Source of the DNA: Octopus vulgaris
Taxonomy: Eukaryota
NCBI GenBank assembly: GCA_951406725.2
Contig: OX597836.1
Coordinates: 43,276,001-43,340,000, forward strand
Direction: 5' to 3'
DNA length: 64,000 bases
Notes under the pieces: model-generated
Database searches by the model: none
Seen by the model: the letters and a program-made list of their open reading frames with translations, nothing else
Told to the model about the DNA's origin: nothing
Program-made: the position numbers and the translations under genes
Shown here: piece by piece, positions 30,352 to 41,590 of the stretch
Layout of the letters: every line of letters begins with the position of its first letter
How positions within the stretch are numbered: the stretch's first letter is position 1

Positions 30352-30553
30352 TAATTTTCATTCACGTTTATTATCAAATCAACACAATTACAGATTACGC
30401 TTAGGATAATATCATTTTTAAAAAATAGAAATATTAAAATTCTCAGATTGAAAAGATTAAATAAAACAACTACTACGAAATAAAATAAAAGAGATATTAC
30501 AAAATATGGAAGAACTAATTAAATACAGCTATATAAGTGAAAGTATAAATCAG

Positions 30554-30575
30554 TCACTGTACTAAATAGAAATAG
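30554..30575 (+). promoter_or_regulatory. Candidate snRNA proximal sequence element (PSE)
   Basis: GTCACTGTACTAAATAGAAATA about -55 from U2 +1. It resembles the TCACC-type PSE and is the same in all seven units. Confidence 0.5.
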
Positions 30576-30608
30576 GTATAATATTTCTAAGCTAGGGTAA
30601 AAAAATTT

Positions 30609-30798
30609 ATCGCTTCTCGGCCTTTTGGCTAAGATCAAAGTGTAGTATCTGTTCTTATCAGCTTAATATCTGATACGGTCCCTATTTGGGACCATCGATA
30701 TTAAACTGATTTTTAGAACGAGGCGAAGAGTTAGGGGCTTGCTCCGCCTTTGCCACGGGTTGGCCTGGTATAGCAGTACTTCCAGGATTCAGCCCATC
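30609..30798 (+). ncRNA. U2: U2 spliceosomal snRNA, copy 1
   Basis: ATCGCTTCTCGGCCTTTTGGCTAAGATCAAAGTGTAGTATCTGTTCTTATCAG...; branch-site recognition GTAGTA; Sm site ATTTTTAG; 3' stem-loops. A 3'-box-like ATTAAAAACAGA lies ~25 nt downstream. The 3' end is approximate. Confidence 0.97.
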
Positions 30799-32358
30799 TC
30801 CCACCCGGGAGATATAAACAAATTAAAAACAGACTTAATATCCTGACATCCCTTCTACCGCCTTCCAGCAAGGGATCAGACCTGCATTCTATGATGTCCG
30901 CTGCCGTTATTTTTATTTAATCTTAGATGTAATTACATACATCCACATCTTATGCTGTCCACCCATCGTTTGCCTTGTTTTCCTCATACAAATAATATCC
31001 TGGAAGCTTTTCCTCTTCCGTTTTTAATACAAGGCTTGTGGTTTTGACTGCTATTTCTAATCACTCCGGCCTGTCATAGTAAGTATAAATTGCAAAGCAA
31101 CAGTTAGTTACTGCAAGATAGAAAGCCACCCTTATAATTTGTTTTTAATTAAGAAATACTAGCAGTATCGCCCGGCGTTGCTCGGGTTTGTAAGGGAAAT
31201 AACTATATAAGCATTTTTAGAGATGTAAAGTATAATAGCCATCTCAATATGGCTAACCACAAAGGGGTGGTGTTACTGTAGCTTTTTACGTTCTGAGATT
31301 TAATAATACAGTTTTAGAGGGTTACTTCCCTTATATAAACCGAGCGTTAATGCATTAAAAATGCGAAAAAATTATGTTAATTTTTTTTAAATCGTAGAAT
31401 CATCGTAGAAACGCGCTAATACCCAGAAAGCCTCGATATGAATCACGACTATAAGATACCCGTTTTTGGTTAAACTGCACCGCAAAATGTGGGAGTAGTT
31501 AGGAATCTAAATCGTAGGAGACAGACACACAACTTCACTTTTAAATATAAAGATTTCAGAAAAGCAAGAAAATGTTTCCGATACGACTTACGAGATTTAT
31601 GATACCTAAAAAATAATTAATTTAGTAAAAGAGTAATAAATGTTTTACTGGTAAGATATAGAGTCACGTGAACATTACGGAATGTCGTAATTCGTACTTT
31701 GGATATTTTCGGTTTGAACGGCAGTTTTTAATATAATTTATAGGTAACTAAAAAAATTTTAAACTTCTTATACTGGTAGAATGTGTTTATAAAACATCTT
31801 TTTCTCTTGGCTTTATTGAGAAAATTCTATAGTTTGTAAGATATTTGTTGGGGTTTTTTTCTACAATTTCAACCAATCACTGACGTCTATTGAAGTAAAC
31901 AACATTCTGTGCCGTATGAATATGTCCCTCGTTTAAGAAACAGACTAGGTTTATTTACATTTCTGGAGGAAAAAAAGATAATCCCCCCTCTAACCCTAAA
32001 ATAGATTGAAATGCAATAAGATCGATACCAGGGACATAATTATGGGTGACGATTTCATATGACACCGCTAGAAAAAACTGCCGTTCAAACCGAAAATATC
32101 CAATAATTTTCATTCACGTTTATTATCAAATCAACACAATTACAGATTACGCTTAGGATAATATCATTTTTAGAAAAATAGAAATATTAAAATTCTCAGA
32201 TTGAAAAGATTAAATAAAACAATTACTACGAAATAAAATAAAAGATATTACAAAATATGGAAGAACTAATTAAATACAGCTATATAAGTGAAAGTATAAA
32301 TCAGTCACTGTACTAAATAGAAATAGGTATAATAGTTCTAAGCTAGTGTAAAAAATTT

Positions 32359-32548
32359 ATCGCTTCTCGGCCTTTTGGCTAAGATCAAAGTGTAGTATCT
32401 GTTCTTATCAGCTTAATATCTGATACGGTCCCTATTTGGGACCATCGATATTAAACTGATTTTTAGAACGAGGCGAAGAGTTAGGGGCTTGCTCCGCCTT
32501 TGCCACGGGTTGGCCTGGTATAGCAGTACTTCCAGGATTCAGCCCATC
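32359..32548 (+). ncRNA. U2: U2 snRNA, copy 2
   Basis: Same sequence as copy 1. Confidence 0.97.
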
Positions 32549-34089
32549 TCCCACCCGGGAGATATAAACAAATTAAAAACAGACTTAATATCCTGACATC
32601 CCTTCCAGCAAGGGATCAGACCTGCATTCTATGATGTCCGCTGCCGTTATTTTTATTTAATCTTAGATGTAATTACATACATCCACATCTTTTGCTGTCC
32701 ACCCATCCTCATACAAATAATATCCTGGAAGCTTTTCGTCTTCCGTTTTTAATACAAGGCTTGTGGTTTTGACTGCTATTTCTAATCACTCCGGTCTGTC
32801 ATAGTAAGTATAAATTGCAGAGCAACAGTTGGTTACTGCAAGATAGAAAGCACCCTTATAATTTGTTTTTTAATTAAGAAATACTAGCAGTATCGCCCGG
32901 CGTTGCTCGGGTTTGTAAGGGAAATAACTATATAAGCATTTTTAGAGATGTAAAGTATAATAGCCATCACAATATGGCTAACCACAAAGGAGGGGGCTGT
33001 TACTGTAGCTTTTTACGTTCTGAGATTTAATAATACAGTTTTAGAGGGTTACTTCCCTTATATAAATCGAGCGAAAATGTATTAAAAATGCGGAAAAATT
33101 ATGTTAATTTTTTTTTTAAATCGTAGACTCATCGTAGACACGCGCTAATACCCAGAAAGGCTCGATATGAATCACGACTATAAGATACCCGTTTTTAGTT
33201 AAACTGCACCGCAAAATGTGGGAGTTGTTAGGAATCTAAATCGTAGGAGACAGACACACAACTTCACTTTTATATATAAAGATTTCAGAAAAGCAAGAAA
33301 ATGTTTCCGATACGACTTACGAGATTTATGATACCTAAAAAGTAATTAATTTAGTAAAAGAGTAATAAATGTTTTACTGGTGAGATATAGAGTCACGTGA
33401 ACATTACGCAATGTCGTAATTCGTACTTTGGATATTTTCGGTTTGAACGGCAGATTTTAATATAATTTATAGGTAACTAAAAAAATTTAAACTTCTTATA
33501 CTGGTGGAATGTGTTTATAAAACATATTTTTCTCTTGGCTTTATTGAGAAAATTCTATAGTTTGTAAGATATTTGTTGGGGTTTTTTTCTACAATTTCAA
33601 CCAATCACTGACGTCTATTGAGGTAAACAACATTCTGCGCCGTAAAATATGTCCCTCGTTTAAAAAACAGACTAGGTTTATTTACATTTCTGGAGAAAAA
33701 AAAGATAACCCACCCCCCCTCTAACCCTAAAATAGATTGATATGCAATAAGATCGATACCAGGGTCATAATTATGGGTGACGATTTCATATGACACCGCT
33801 AGAAAAAACTGCCGTTCAAACCGAAAATTATCCAATAATTTTCATTCACGTTTATTATCAAATCAACACAATTACAGATTACGCTTAGGATAATATCATT
33901 TTTAAAAAATAGAAATATTAAAATTCTCAGATTGAAAAGATTAAATAAAACAACTACTACGAAATAAAATAAAAGATATTACAAAATATGGAAGAACTAA
34001 TTAAATACAGCTATATAAGTGAAAGTATAAATCAGTCACTGTACTAAATAGAAATAGGTATAATATTTCTAAGCTAGGGTAAAACATTT

Positions 34090-34103
34090 ATCGCTTCTCG
34101 GCC
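34090..34103 (+). pseudogene. U2: U2 copy 3, promoter-proximal stub (nt 1-14) interrupted by the retrotransposon
   Basis: Normal upstream unit sequence, then ATCGCTTCTCGGCC, then an abrupt switch to element sequence. Confidence 0.9.
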
Positions 34104-34385
34104 ATCGCTACGTGGTGTTTTTTGAATTTTTCCTCGGTTTATACCAATATTTTCTGTTGCTGCAAATCGTTGTGTGAGTTCGTTTCCGTTTGTCTACTTT
34201 GTCGTGTTACACGTAATATCATTGTTGAACTGTTTTTGACCCAGTAATTTTCGCCCTTCGGGGTAGAAAATTTCTGTGGGTTTTTTTTTTTTTTTTTTTT
34301 TTGTGAATTCTTAACCTGTATAGGTTATTTTTGGAAAAAAAAAAAAAATTCTCTTGTCATTTGTGACAAGTTTGTGTTGTCTAAT

Positions 34386-35897
34386 ATGGAATTAGACTTA
34401 AGTTCAAAAAAAGACTTTCCCGAGATGGGAGAAAGTATAACAACTGTTAAACAAAAGGAAACACAGACAAAACCCAGTTTTTCAGACGCCGTAGGTGGCG
34501 AAGTCGAAGAAATGGAGGTATCAATGGAAAGATTATTCAAGTTTAGATCGCTGGTGCAAAAAAGTGGTGAAGAAACACGATTGGTACCGCCCCCCGAAAC
34601 TATACAAGCAATAAAGGAAAAAATGGTCACCTACAGGGTGTACAATATCAAGGAAAAACGAATGACCGACGTGAAAAACGAAATGGTCGAAAAGTGTATG
34701 GCTCCAATATGGAGTAAAGTTAGTCATGTCAACCGAGGTGCAAGAAGCGCTACAGTGGAGGCGCATTTTGAAACGGCGGAAGTAGCAAGGCAAATTTCGA
34801 CACAAACGTTGAAAAACGAGAGTATAATACTGCTACCCTTATATTTAGGATGCAGAACCGCAAAAGTGACCCTAGAAGATATACCAACGGGCTACGACGT
34901 GATGTGGGCGGCAACAGCGGTCATTTTTGATGTTGAATCAAAATTGACAATTTTAAGTATGAAGAGAAAAATTGCAAAACACTGGAGAGGCCAGCAGCTG
35001 GAGATGATAATCCAGGCGGAAAATGCGACGTTGGAAAGCCTACCAGACAGAGTCTTCGTGGGGGAGGGGCACTCCATACGAGTTTCGGTGGAAGGACGCA
35101 GGCCCAGATGTTTTAAGTGCGGGCAAAAGGGCCACGTTCGCTCCGTTTGCACAAAAAAAAATAATGCGGGCAACGCCCCCCCACAAAACGCTGTGAAGAA
35201 CGCAGAAAGCAGCAAAGTGGAGAAAAAAGTAACGGCTGGCGAAAACAAGGAGGAAAAAATAAACAGGTCGAACTCCAAAAAGGAGGAAGACAAGAACGAA
35301 ATGCAAAATGAGAAAGGAAAGGATGAGGAAAATAATGCAACAAAAACAAATAAACAAGAAGACATGGAATTTACGAACGTGTCCAACAAAAGGAAAAAAT
35401 CCATCACCCCTGACTCCCCACCCGTATCAAAAAAAAAAAACAACGCAGACGAACAAATTAAAAATATTCTCCAATCCCACCCCGGCGGTACTACACTTAT
35501 AGGCCAGCACTTTAACAAACCCCACCCCCCAACTGTAAAAGGGTTTAAACCCAACGAAAAAATTATTGCATACACCACAAAGAACGTGAGAGTAGAAACA
35601 TGGGTGAAAGCAAGTACGCTGATCAGGTGCTACAAAGCGACCGAGAAGGAAGCGGAGTGGCGATATGGAAGGGTCGGCGAAGAAGGCTGGAAAGACAAAA
35701 CCTTACAAAGCCACGTAAAAGCCGGCTTCATTAAGGATGTCACCCAGGAGGTGACAACTGGGAAATTACCCGTTAGCCCGGCAGCCACACCAACCCAGAG
35801 CCCGGTGGCAACGCCGGTGAAACACCCAGCAGCAACGGCGAGTGGGGGGAGACAGGCAGAAAGAATCTGTCAGGCTCCCTCTCGCAACCGTGAGTAA
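34386..35897 (+). CDS. Retrotransposon ORF1p (gag-like nucleic-acid-binding protein, CCHC zinc knuckle)
   Basis: Uninterrupted ORF from ATG 34386. CFKCGQKGHVRSVC (CX2CX4HX4C) is followed by a charged low-complexity tail, typical of Tx1 ORF1. Confidence 0.9.
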   Translation: MELDLSSKKDFPEMGESITTVKQKETQTKPSFSDAVGGEVEEMEVSMERLFKFRSLVQKSGEETRLVPPPETIQAIKEKMVTYRVYNIKEKRMTDVKNEMVEKCMAPIWSKVSHVNRGARSATVEAHFETAEVARQISTQTLKNESIILLPLYLGCRTAKVTLEDIPTGYDVMWAATAVIFDVESKLTILSMKRKIAKHWRGQQLEMIIQAENATLESLPDRVFVGEGHSIRVSVEGRRPRCFKCGQKGHVRSVCTKKNNAGNAPPQNAVKNAESSKVEKKVTAGENKEEKINRSNSKKEEDKNEMQNEKGKDEENNATKTNKQEDMEFTNVSNKRKKSITPDSPPVSKKKNNADEQIKNILQSHPGGTTLIGQHFNKPHPPTVKGFKPNEKIIAYTTKNVRVETWVKASTLIRCYKATEKEAEWRYGRVGEEGWKDKTLQSHVKAGFIKDVTQEVTTGKLPVSPAATPTQSPVATPVKHPAATASGGRQAERICQAPSRNRE

Positions 35898-35916
35898 ATA
35901 TTTTTCTTTTTTCTCG

Positions 35917-38900
35917 ATGATTAAGTTAGGTTGTATAAATGTGCGTGGAATGGGATCGAAATGGAAACAGGCTTGTTTTCGTGACGACCTCATTTCACAT
36001 AGAATCGAAGTAGCTATTGTTACCGAGTCCAAGATGAAGGGACCCCAAGCGTTCTCACCACTTCTCAATGGTTACGAGAAATTTATTTCTCCTAGCCGAG
36101 GGGGAGGTGCAGGCGTGGCAGTTCTTTTTCAGGAAGAACTTGGACTTACAGGTAAGTACTGTCTTTTTGGACCCAGAAGGTAGGCTGGTTGTCCTAGATG
36201 TGACGCACGTGAGTAAGCAGTCCTTCAGGTTGGTGGCTGTCTACGCTCCTAACGGACGTGGGCAGACCGGTTTTTATCGGGAACTGGAGCACTTTCTAGT
36301 GACGTCCAAAACGGTAGTCTTGGTAGGGGATTTCAACACCATTCTCGATGCGCGGGTGGATGGTGTAGGCTCGAGCGATAGGAAGGGGAATCCTGGCCTC
36401 AAGGCTCTACTAGCGAGCTTTAATCTAGTAGACCGTTTTCGACTGGATGAGCCGAACGTTCCACAGTGGACGTGGAGTAATAACGACGGCTCACTCAGAT
36501 CGTACATAGATAGAGTATTCGTTAAGGAACGAGATAGGAATAGTGTTAGCTGTCCACAATTCTCTGTTGTGCCTTACACGGATCACAAACTTGTAACGTG
36601 TGAGGTACATGTAGATAAATGCCATAGACAAGGTCCCGGGTACTGGAAGATGAACAAGTCTATTTTGACCTGTGAAGCTTTCCGTACCCGGATTAAGGAA
36701 TTAGTACAGAGGGCATTATGTGGCACCATCATTAATAATAGATGGTGGCTCGCCCTCAAAAGAGCCATCCGTTTGGAGTCCATTAGATTTAGCAAGCAGC
36801 TAAGTTTAGATAGGACTAGAATAGAGGGCGAATTAGTTAAGAACTTAGACGAGGCTATGGAATCTGGCTGTGCATCCGGAGTGCTGGCAGCGAGAGCGGT
36901 ATTGTACCGTCACCTCAACGCCAAGCACGAGGGGTGTAGAGTCAGAGCTAAGTTACGTGCAGGAAAACGAGAAGGTATTAACGTTGCCGGATGGGCCCGT
37001 CGTGAGGAGAGTCAGAAGGGCAAAAAGTCCTGTATTATGTCCTTAACTGACGAGCAGGACCGCAAGATCTATGGACAGGAGGAGATGCAGAAGGTCCTTC
37101 ACCAGCATTTCGCACGGCTGTTTGGGGGCGGTGGTCCGCTCGAGCGTGGGGAGACCTTAAAGGACTTCCTAGCTGGTGGGCCTCGGCTCTCGGCAGGTGA
37201 GGCGGAGTGCTGTGAAGGATCGATCTCTCCCGCAGAGGTAAGAGGGGTTATGGCCGAGTGCGCCGGGGAAAAGTCGCCGGGATTGGATGGTCTACCCTAT
37301 GAATTTTATTGTTGTATGCCGGACTTGTTCGGGGACATACTGGCAAGCGTCTATGCAAACTGGCAACAGAATGGGAGGATTCCCAGCTCTGTGAGTCGGG
37401 GAGTTGTGACGCTGGTCCAGAAAGACCCGAGCAAGGGGGACAGTATTAGTAATTACAGGCCCATAACTCTACTTAATGTAGAGTTTAAGATTTTGGCCAA
37501 GGTGTTAGCAAAAAGGTTGACGGCTGTCGTGAAGAAACTTGTCGGGAAGGCACAGACATGTGCAATCCCAGGCAGGTCGATCCAGGATAATCTTCACCTT
37601 CTCCGCTACACTATAGATAGGGTCGGGAAATTAGACGGCAAAGGAGGGACATTGGTCCATTTAGACCAAAGTAAAGCGTTTGATAGGGTGGACCATCGGT
37701 ACTTGGCGGCGGTTCTCGAAGCGGCTGGGCTGGGCCCTGGCTTCTGCGGGTGGATCTCAGCTATGTACAGCGGCATCAAGTCCACAGTCCAGATAAACGG
37801 TTACCTAACGGAGCCGTTTTCGATCAAGCGTTCAGTTCGACAAGGGTGCCCCTTGTCCCCGCTCCTGTATGTTTTGGCTCTTGAGCCATTGCTGCGGAAG
37901 CTGGAGAAGTTGGGAGGCAACCCTAATGAAATCGGATGCGGTAAGTCTGTTTCTGCCTATGCGGATGACGTCACCCTCATCGTGTCCAACGGAACACAGC
38001 TACCTCGAGTAGTAGGTGCTCTCCATAGATACGAAGCGGTGGCAGGGGCAAAAGTTAACAGGGACAAGTCCATCGGTTTGCGCCTCGGCACCTGGAGGAA
38101 CAAGCAGATACCGTCCAGTGTTGTTGGACACTGGACGGATGGTCCTGTTAAATTGCTCGGAGTATGGTTTGGTCCAGACTCCCAGACGGAGAAGAATTGG
38201 AGCGAGGTAACGAGCAAGGTGGATGCCATAGTACGGAAGTGGTCCGGAAGGCATCTTTCCTTGAAAGGGAGGGCGGAGGTGGCACAGATGTTTATAGCCT
38301 CTGTCGTCACCTACCGCCTGACCGTCGTGCCTTGCCCCGATTCGTGGTTAAACAAGTTGGAACGACTTCTTTTCCGCTTTTTGTGGAAAGGAGGAAAGCC
38401 ACTTGTGAGACGCTCCGTGTGTTGCCAGGAACCGCTAAAGGGTGGACTGGGGATGCCTTGGCTAATGATGCGCAAGCATGCGTTGAGGCTAAGACACCTC
38501 TGGTGTTACCTGGAGGATGATAAGGTGTGGAGTTCGCTGGCAGAGGAATTCTTCCCGCGACCGGCCTCTATGGAGGGATTTACACCCGGTCTCATTAAAG
38601 GACGTAAACTGACTTCATGGCAGAAGGAGTGCCGACAGGCACTCTGGCTGATCCACAAGATGGGTAAGGCCGGCAGCGGGAATACCACCTCGGTGTTCTA
38701 TAAAGGGCTGGTAGGAGGAAAAAATGACGACGTCCTAGGAAGGGCTCTGGGGTTCGATGAGGATCAACTCTCCAACCTGTTTAAGAAGACTTTCAGGCCG
38801 GGGTATTTGGATAATTACCAAAAATCCCTGACCTGGCAGTGCTATAGGAATGCATTACCTGTTCGCGAGAAGTTATCCAGGCACGGAATGTCAGTGCCAC

Positions 38901-39307
38901 CGACGTGTCCAAGATGTGGGTTGGACGATGAAACCGTTCAACACGCTTTTGTACAATGTCGGGAGCTGTCAGGCTTGATAAGTTACGTGGAACACGTGTT
39001 GTCGCATCTGGGACGAGTACAGCTGTCGGCTGGATCTATGATTAAGATGATACCGCCAACTGGACTCTCAAAGGAAGGTAAGGCTTGTTTTTACTGTACG
39101 GTGGCAGTATTGAAAGAGTGTGTATGGAGAACTAGAGTGGAAGGTCTAGTGAAAGGGTCCTTTATCTCTGGCCCCGGTTTGTTAAAATACTTCGGATATC
39201 ATCTGAAGAGCAAGATGGGGTTGGAGAAGAGGAGCCTGCCACAGAAAGAGTATATGGAACGTTGGAAGGATGTGATGAGAAAGGTGGGTGAGAGTAACCC
39301 AGCTTAA
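35917..39307 (+). CDS. Retrotransposon ORF2p: APE endonuclease + reverse transcriptase + C-terminal zinc finger (~1129 aa after removing one extra T at ~36125-36129)
   Basis: APE motifs INVRG, VTE, GVAVLF|RK, VYAPN, GDFN, WTW, SYIDRVFV, TDH. Also GYWKMN. RT motifs KSPGLDG, YRPITLLN, LDQSKAFDRV, RQGCPLSP, YADD. Then KGGLG and CPRC...ETVQHAFVQC. The true N-terminus lies in the 35842-36183 frame; the rest is in the 36068-39307 frame. Confidence 0.93.
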
Positions 39308-39662
39308 TCATAGAGGAAAAGAAAAATCAGCTGCTGGGATTTATAGGCTGCCGGGTTCAAAATTGAAACTGGTACCTCCCATTACCTTTCACTGTACATA
39401 ACTGTTTAAAATAAAGAATTAATAATAAAAAAAAAGAAATGAAAAGAAAACATACGCACTAAAAGTTCTCGTGATAAAGGCAAAAGTAAGCCAAGGTTTC
39501 GTTTCAAGGCAAAGTAAGCCAAGTTTTCGTTCAAGTGACATAAAATTTTAATTTTGTAATTTTTTAAATTTCATTCGAACTCGCATAGCATTTTTGTAAC
39601 TGTTTTGTCCTGTAATGTATCCATTCTATGTTAGATCTATTGATCATAATAAAGAAAATTTT

Positions 39663-39852
39663 ATCGCTTCTCGGCCTTTTGGCTAAGATCAAAGTGTAGT
39701 ATCTGTTCTTATCAGCTTAATATCTGATATGGTCCCTATTTGGGACCATCGATATTAAACTGATTTTTAGAACGAGGCGAAGAGTTAGGGGCTTGCTCCG
39801 CCTTTGCCACGGGTTGGCCTGGTATAGCAGTACTTCCAGGATTCAGCCCATC
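39663..39852 (+). ncRNA. U2: U2 snRNA copy 3', complete coding sequence regenerated by the TSD but detached from its native promoter
   Basis: Full U2 sequence with a single C68T change (39730) relative to the other copies. Confidence 0.85.
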
Positions 39853-41400
39853 TCCCACCCGGGAGATATAAACAAATTAAAAACAGACTTAATATCCTGA
39901 CATCCCTTCCAGCAAGGGATCAGACCTGCATTCTATGATGTCCGCTGCCGTTATTTTTATTTAATCTTAGATGTAATTACATACATCCACATCTTATGCT
40001 GTCCACCCATCGTTTGCCTTGTTTTCCTCATACAAATAATATCCTGGAAGCTTTTCCTCTTCCGTTTTTAATACAAGGCTTGTGGTTTTGACTGCTATTT
40101 CTAATCACTCCGGCCTGTCATAGTAAGTATAAATTGCAAAGCAACAGTTAGTTACTGCAAGATAGAAAGCCACCCTTATAATTTGTTTTTTAATTAAGAA
40201 ATACTAGCAGTATCGCCCGGCGTTGCTCGGGTTTGTAAGGGAAATAACTATATAAGCATTTTTAGAGATGTAAAGTATAATAGCCATCTCAATATGGCTA
40301 ACCACAAAGGGGTGGTGTTACTGTAGCTTTTTACGTTCTGAGATTTAATAATACAGTTTTAGAGGGTTACTTCCCTTATATAAACCGAGCGTTAATGCAT
40401 TAAAAATGCGAAAAAATTATGTTAATTTTTTTTTAAATCGTAGAATCATCGTAGAAACGCGCTAATACCCAGAAAGCCTCGATATGAATCACGACTATAA
40501 GATACCCGTTTTTGGTTAAACTGCACCGCAAAATGTGGGAGTAGTTAGGAATCTAAATCGTAGGAGACAGACACACAACTTCACTTTTAAATATAAAGAT
40601 TTCAGAAAAGCAAGAAAATGTTTCCGATACGACTTACGAGATTTATGATACCTAAAAAGTAATTAATTTAGTAAAAGAGTAATAAATGTTTTACTGGTGA
40701 GATATAGAGTCACGTGAACATTACGGAATGTCGTAATTCGTACTTTGGATATTTTCGGTTTGAACGGCAGATTTTAATATAATTTATAGGTAACTAAAAA
40801 AATTTAAACTTCTTATACTGGTGGAATGTGTTTATAAAACATCTTTTTCTCTTGGCTTTATTGAGAAAATTCTATAGTTTGTAAGATATTTGTTGGGGTT
40901 TTTTTCTACAATTTCAACCAATCACTGACGTCTATTGAGGTAAACAACATTCTGCGCCGTAAAATATGTCCATCGTTTAAAAAACAGACTAGGTTTATTT
41001 ACATTTCTGGAGAAAAAAAGATAACCCCCCCTCTAACCCTAAAATAGATTGATATGCAATAAGATCGATACCAGGGTCATAATTATGGGTGACGATTTCA
41101 TATAACACCGCTAGAAAAAACTGCCGTTCAAACCGAAAATATCCAATAATTTTCATTCACGTTTATTATCAAATCAACACAATTACAGAATACGCTTAGG
41201 ATAATATCATTTTTAAAAAATAGAAATATTAAAATTCTCAGATTGAAAAGATTAAATAAAACAACTACTACGAAATAAAATAAAAGATATTACAAAATAT
41301 GGAAGAACTAATTAAATACAGCTATATAAGTGAAAGTATAAATCAGTCACTGTACTAAATAGAAATAGGTATAATATTTCTAAGCTAGGGTAAAACATTT

Positions 41401-41590
41401 ATCGCTTCTCGGCCTTTTGGCTAAGATCAAAGTGTAGTATCTGTTCTTATCAGCTTAATATCTGATACGGTCCCTATTTGGGACCATCGATATTAAACTG
41501 ATTTTTAGAACGAGGCGAAGAGTTAGGGGCTTGCTCCGCCTTTGCCACGGGTTGGCCTGGTATAGCAGTACTTCCAGGATTCAGCCCATC
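41401..41590 (+). ncRNA. U2: U2 snRNA, copy 4
   Basis: Same sequence as copy 1. Confidence 0.97.

Larger units (their letters stand above)
34104..39659 (+). mobile_element. Full-length Tx1/L1-group non-LTR retrotransposon inserted at the U2 5' end
   Basis: 5' UTR, ORF1, ORF2, 3' UTR with AATAAA at 39648. 17-bp TSD TTTATCGCTTCTCGGCC at 34087-34103 and 39660-39676. Confidence 0.95.

Noticed and set aside
33605-33835. Recurrent 76-78-aa minus-strand ORF (also 42667 and 44426)
   Set aside because: It lies within the MITE and is broken in other units; recurrence only reflects the tandem repeat.
34892-35578. 228-aa antisense ORF and other short ORFs overlapping the retrotransposon
   Set aside because: Shadow frames of the A-rich ORF1/ORF2 with no recognisable motifs.
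34104-39659. Assigning the element to Utopia or directly to Keno
   Set aside because: Utopia encodes a restriction-like endonuclease, whereas this element has an APE plus ORF1. Keno is structurally similar but, as I recall, uses an internal U2 site. Relatedness needs a phylogeny.
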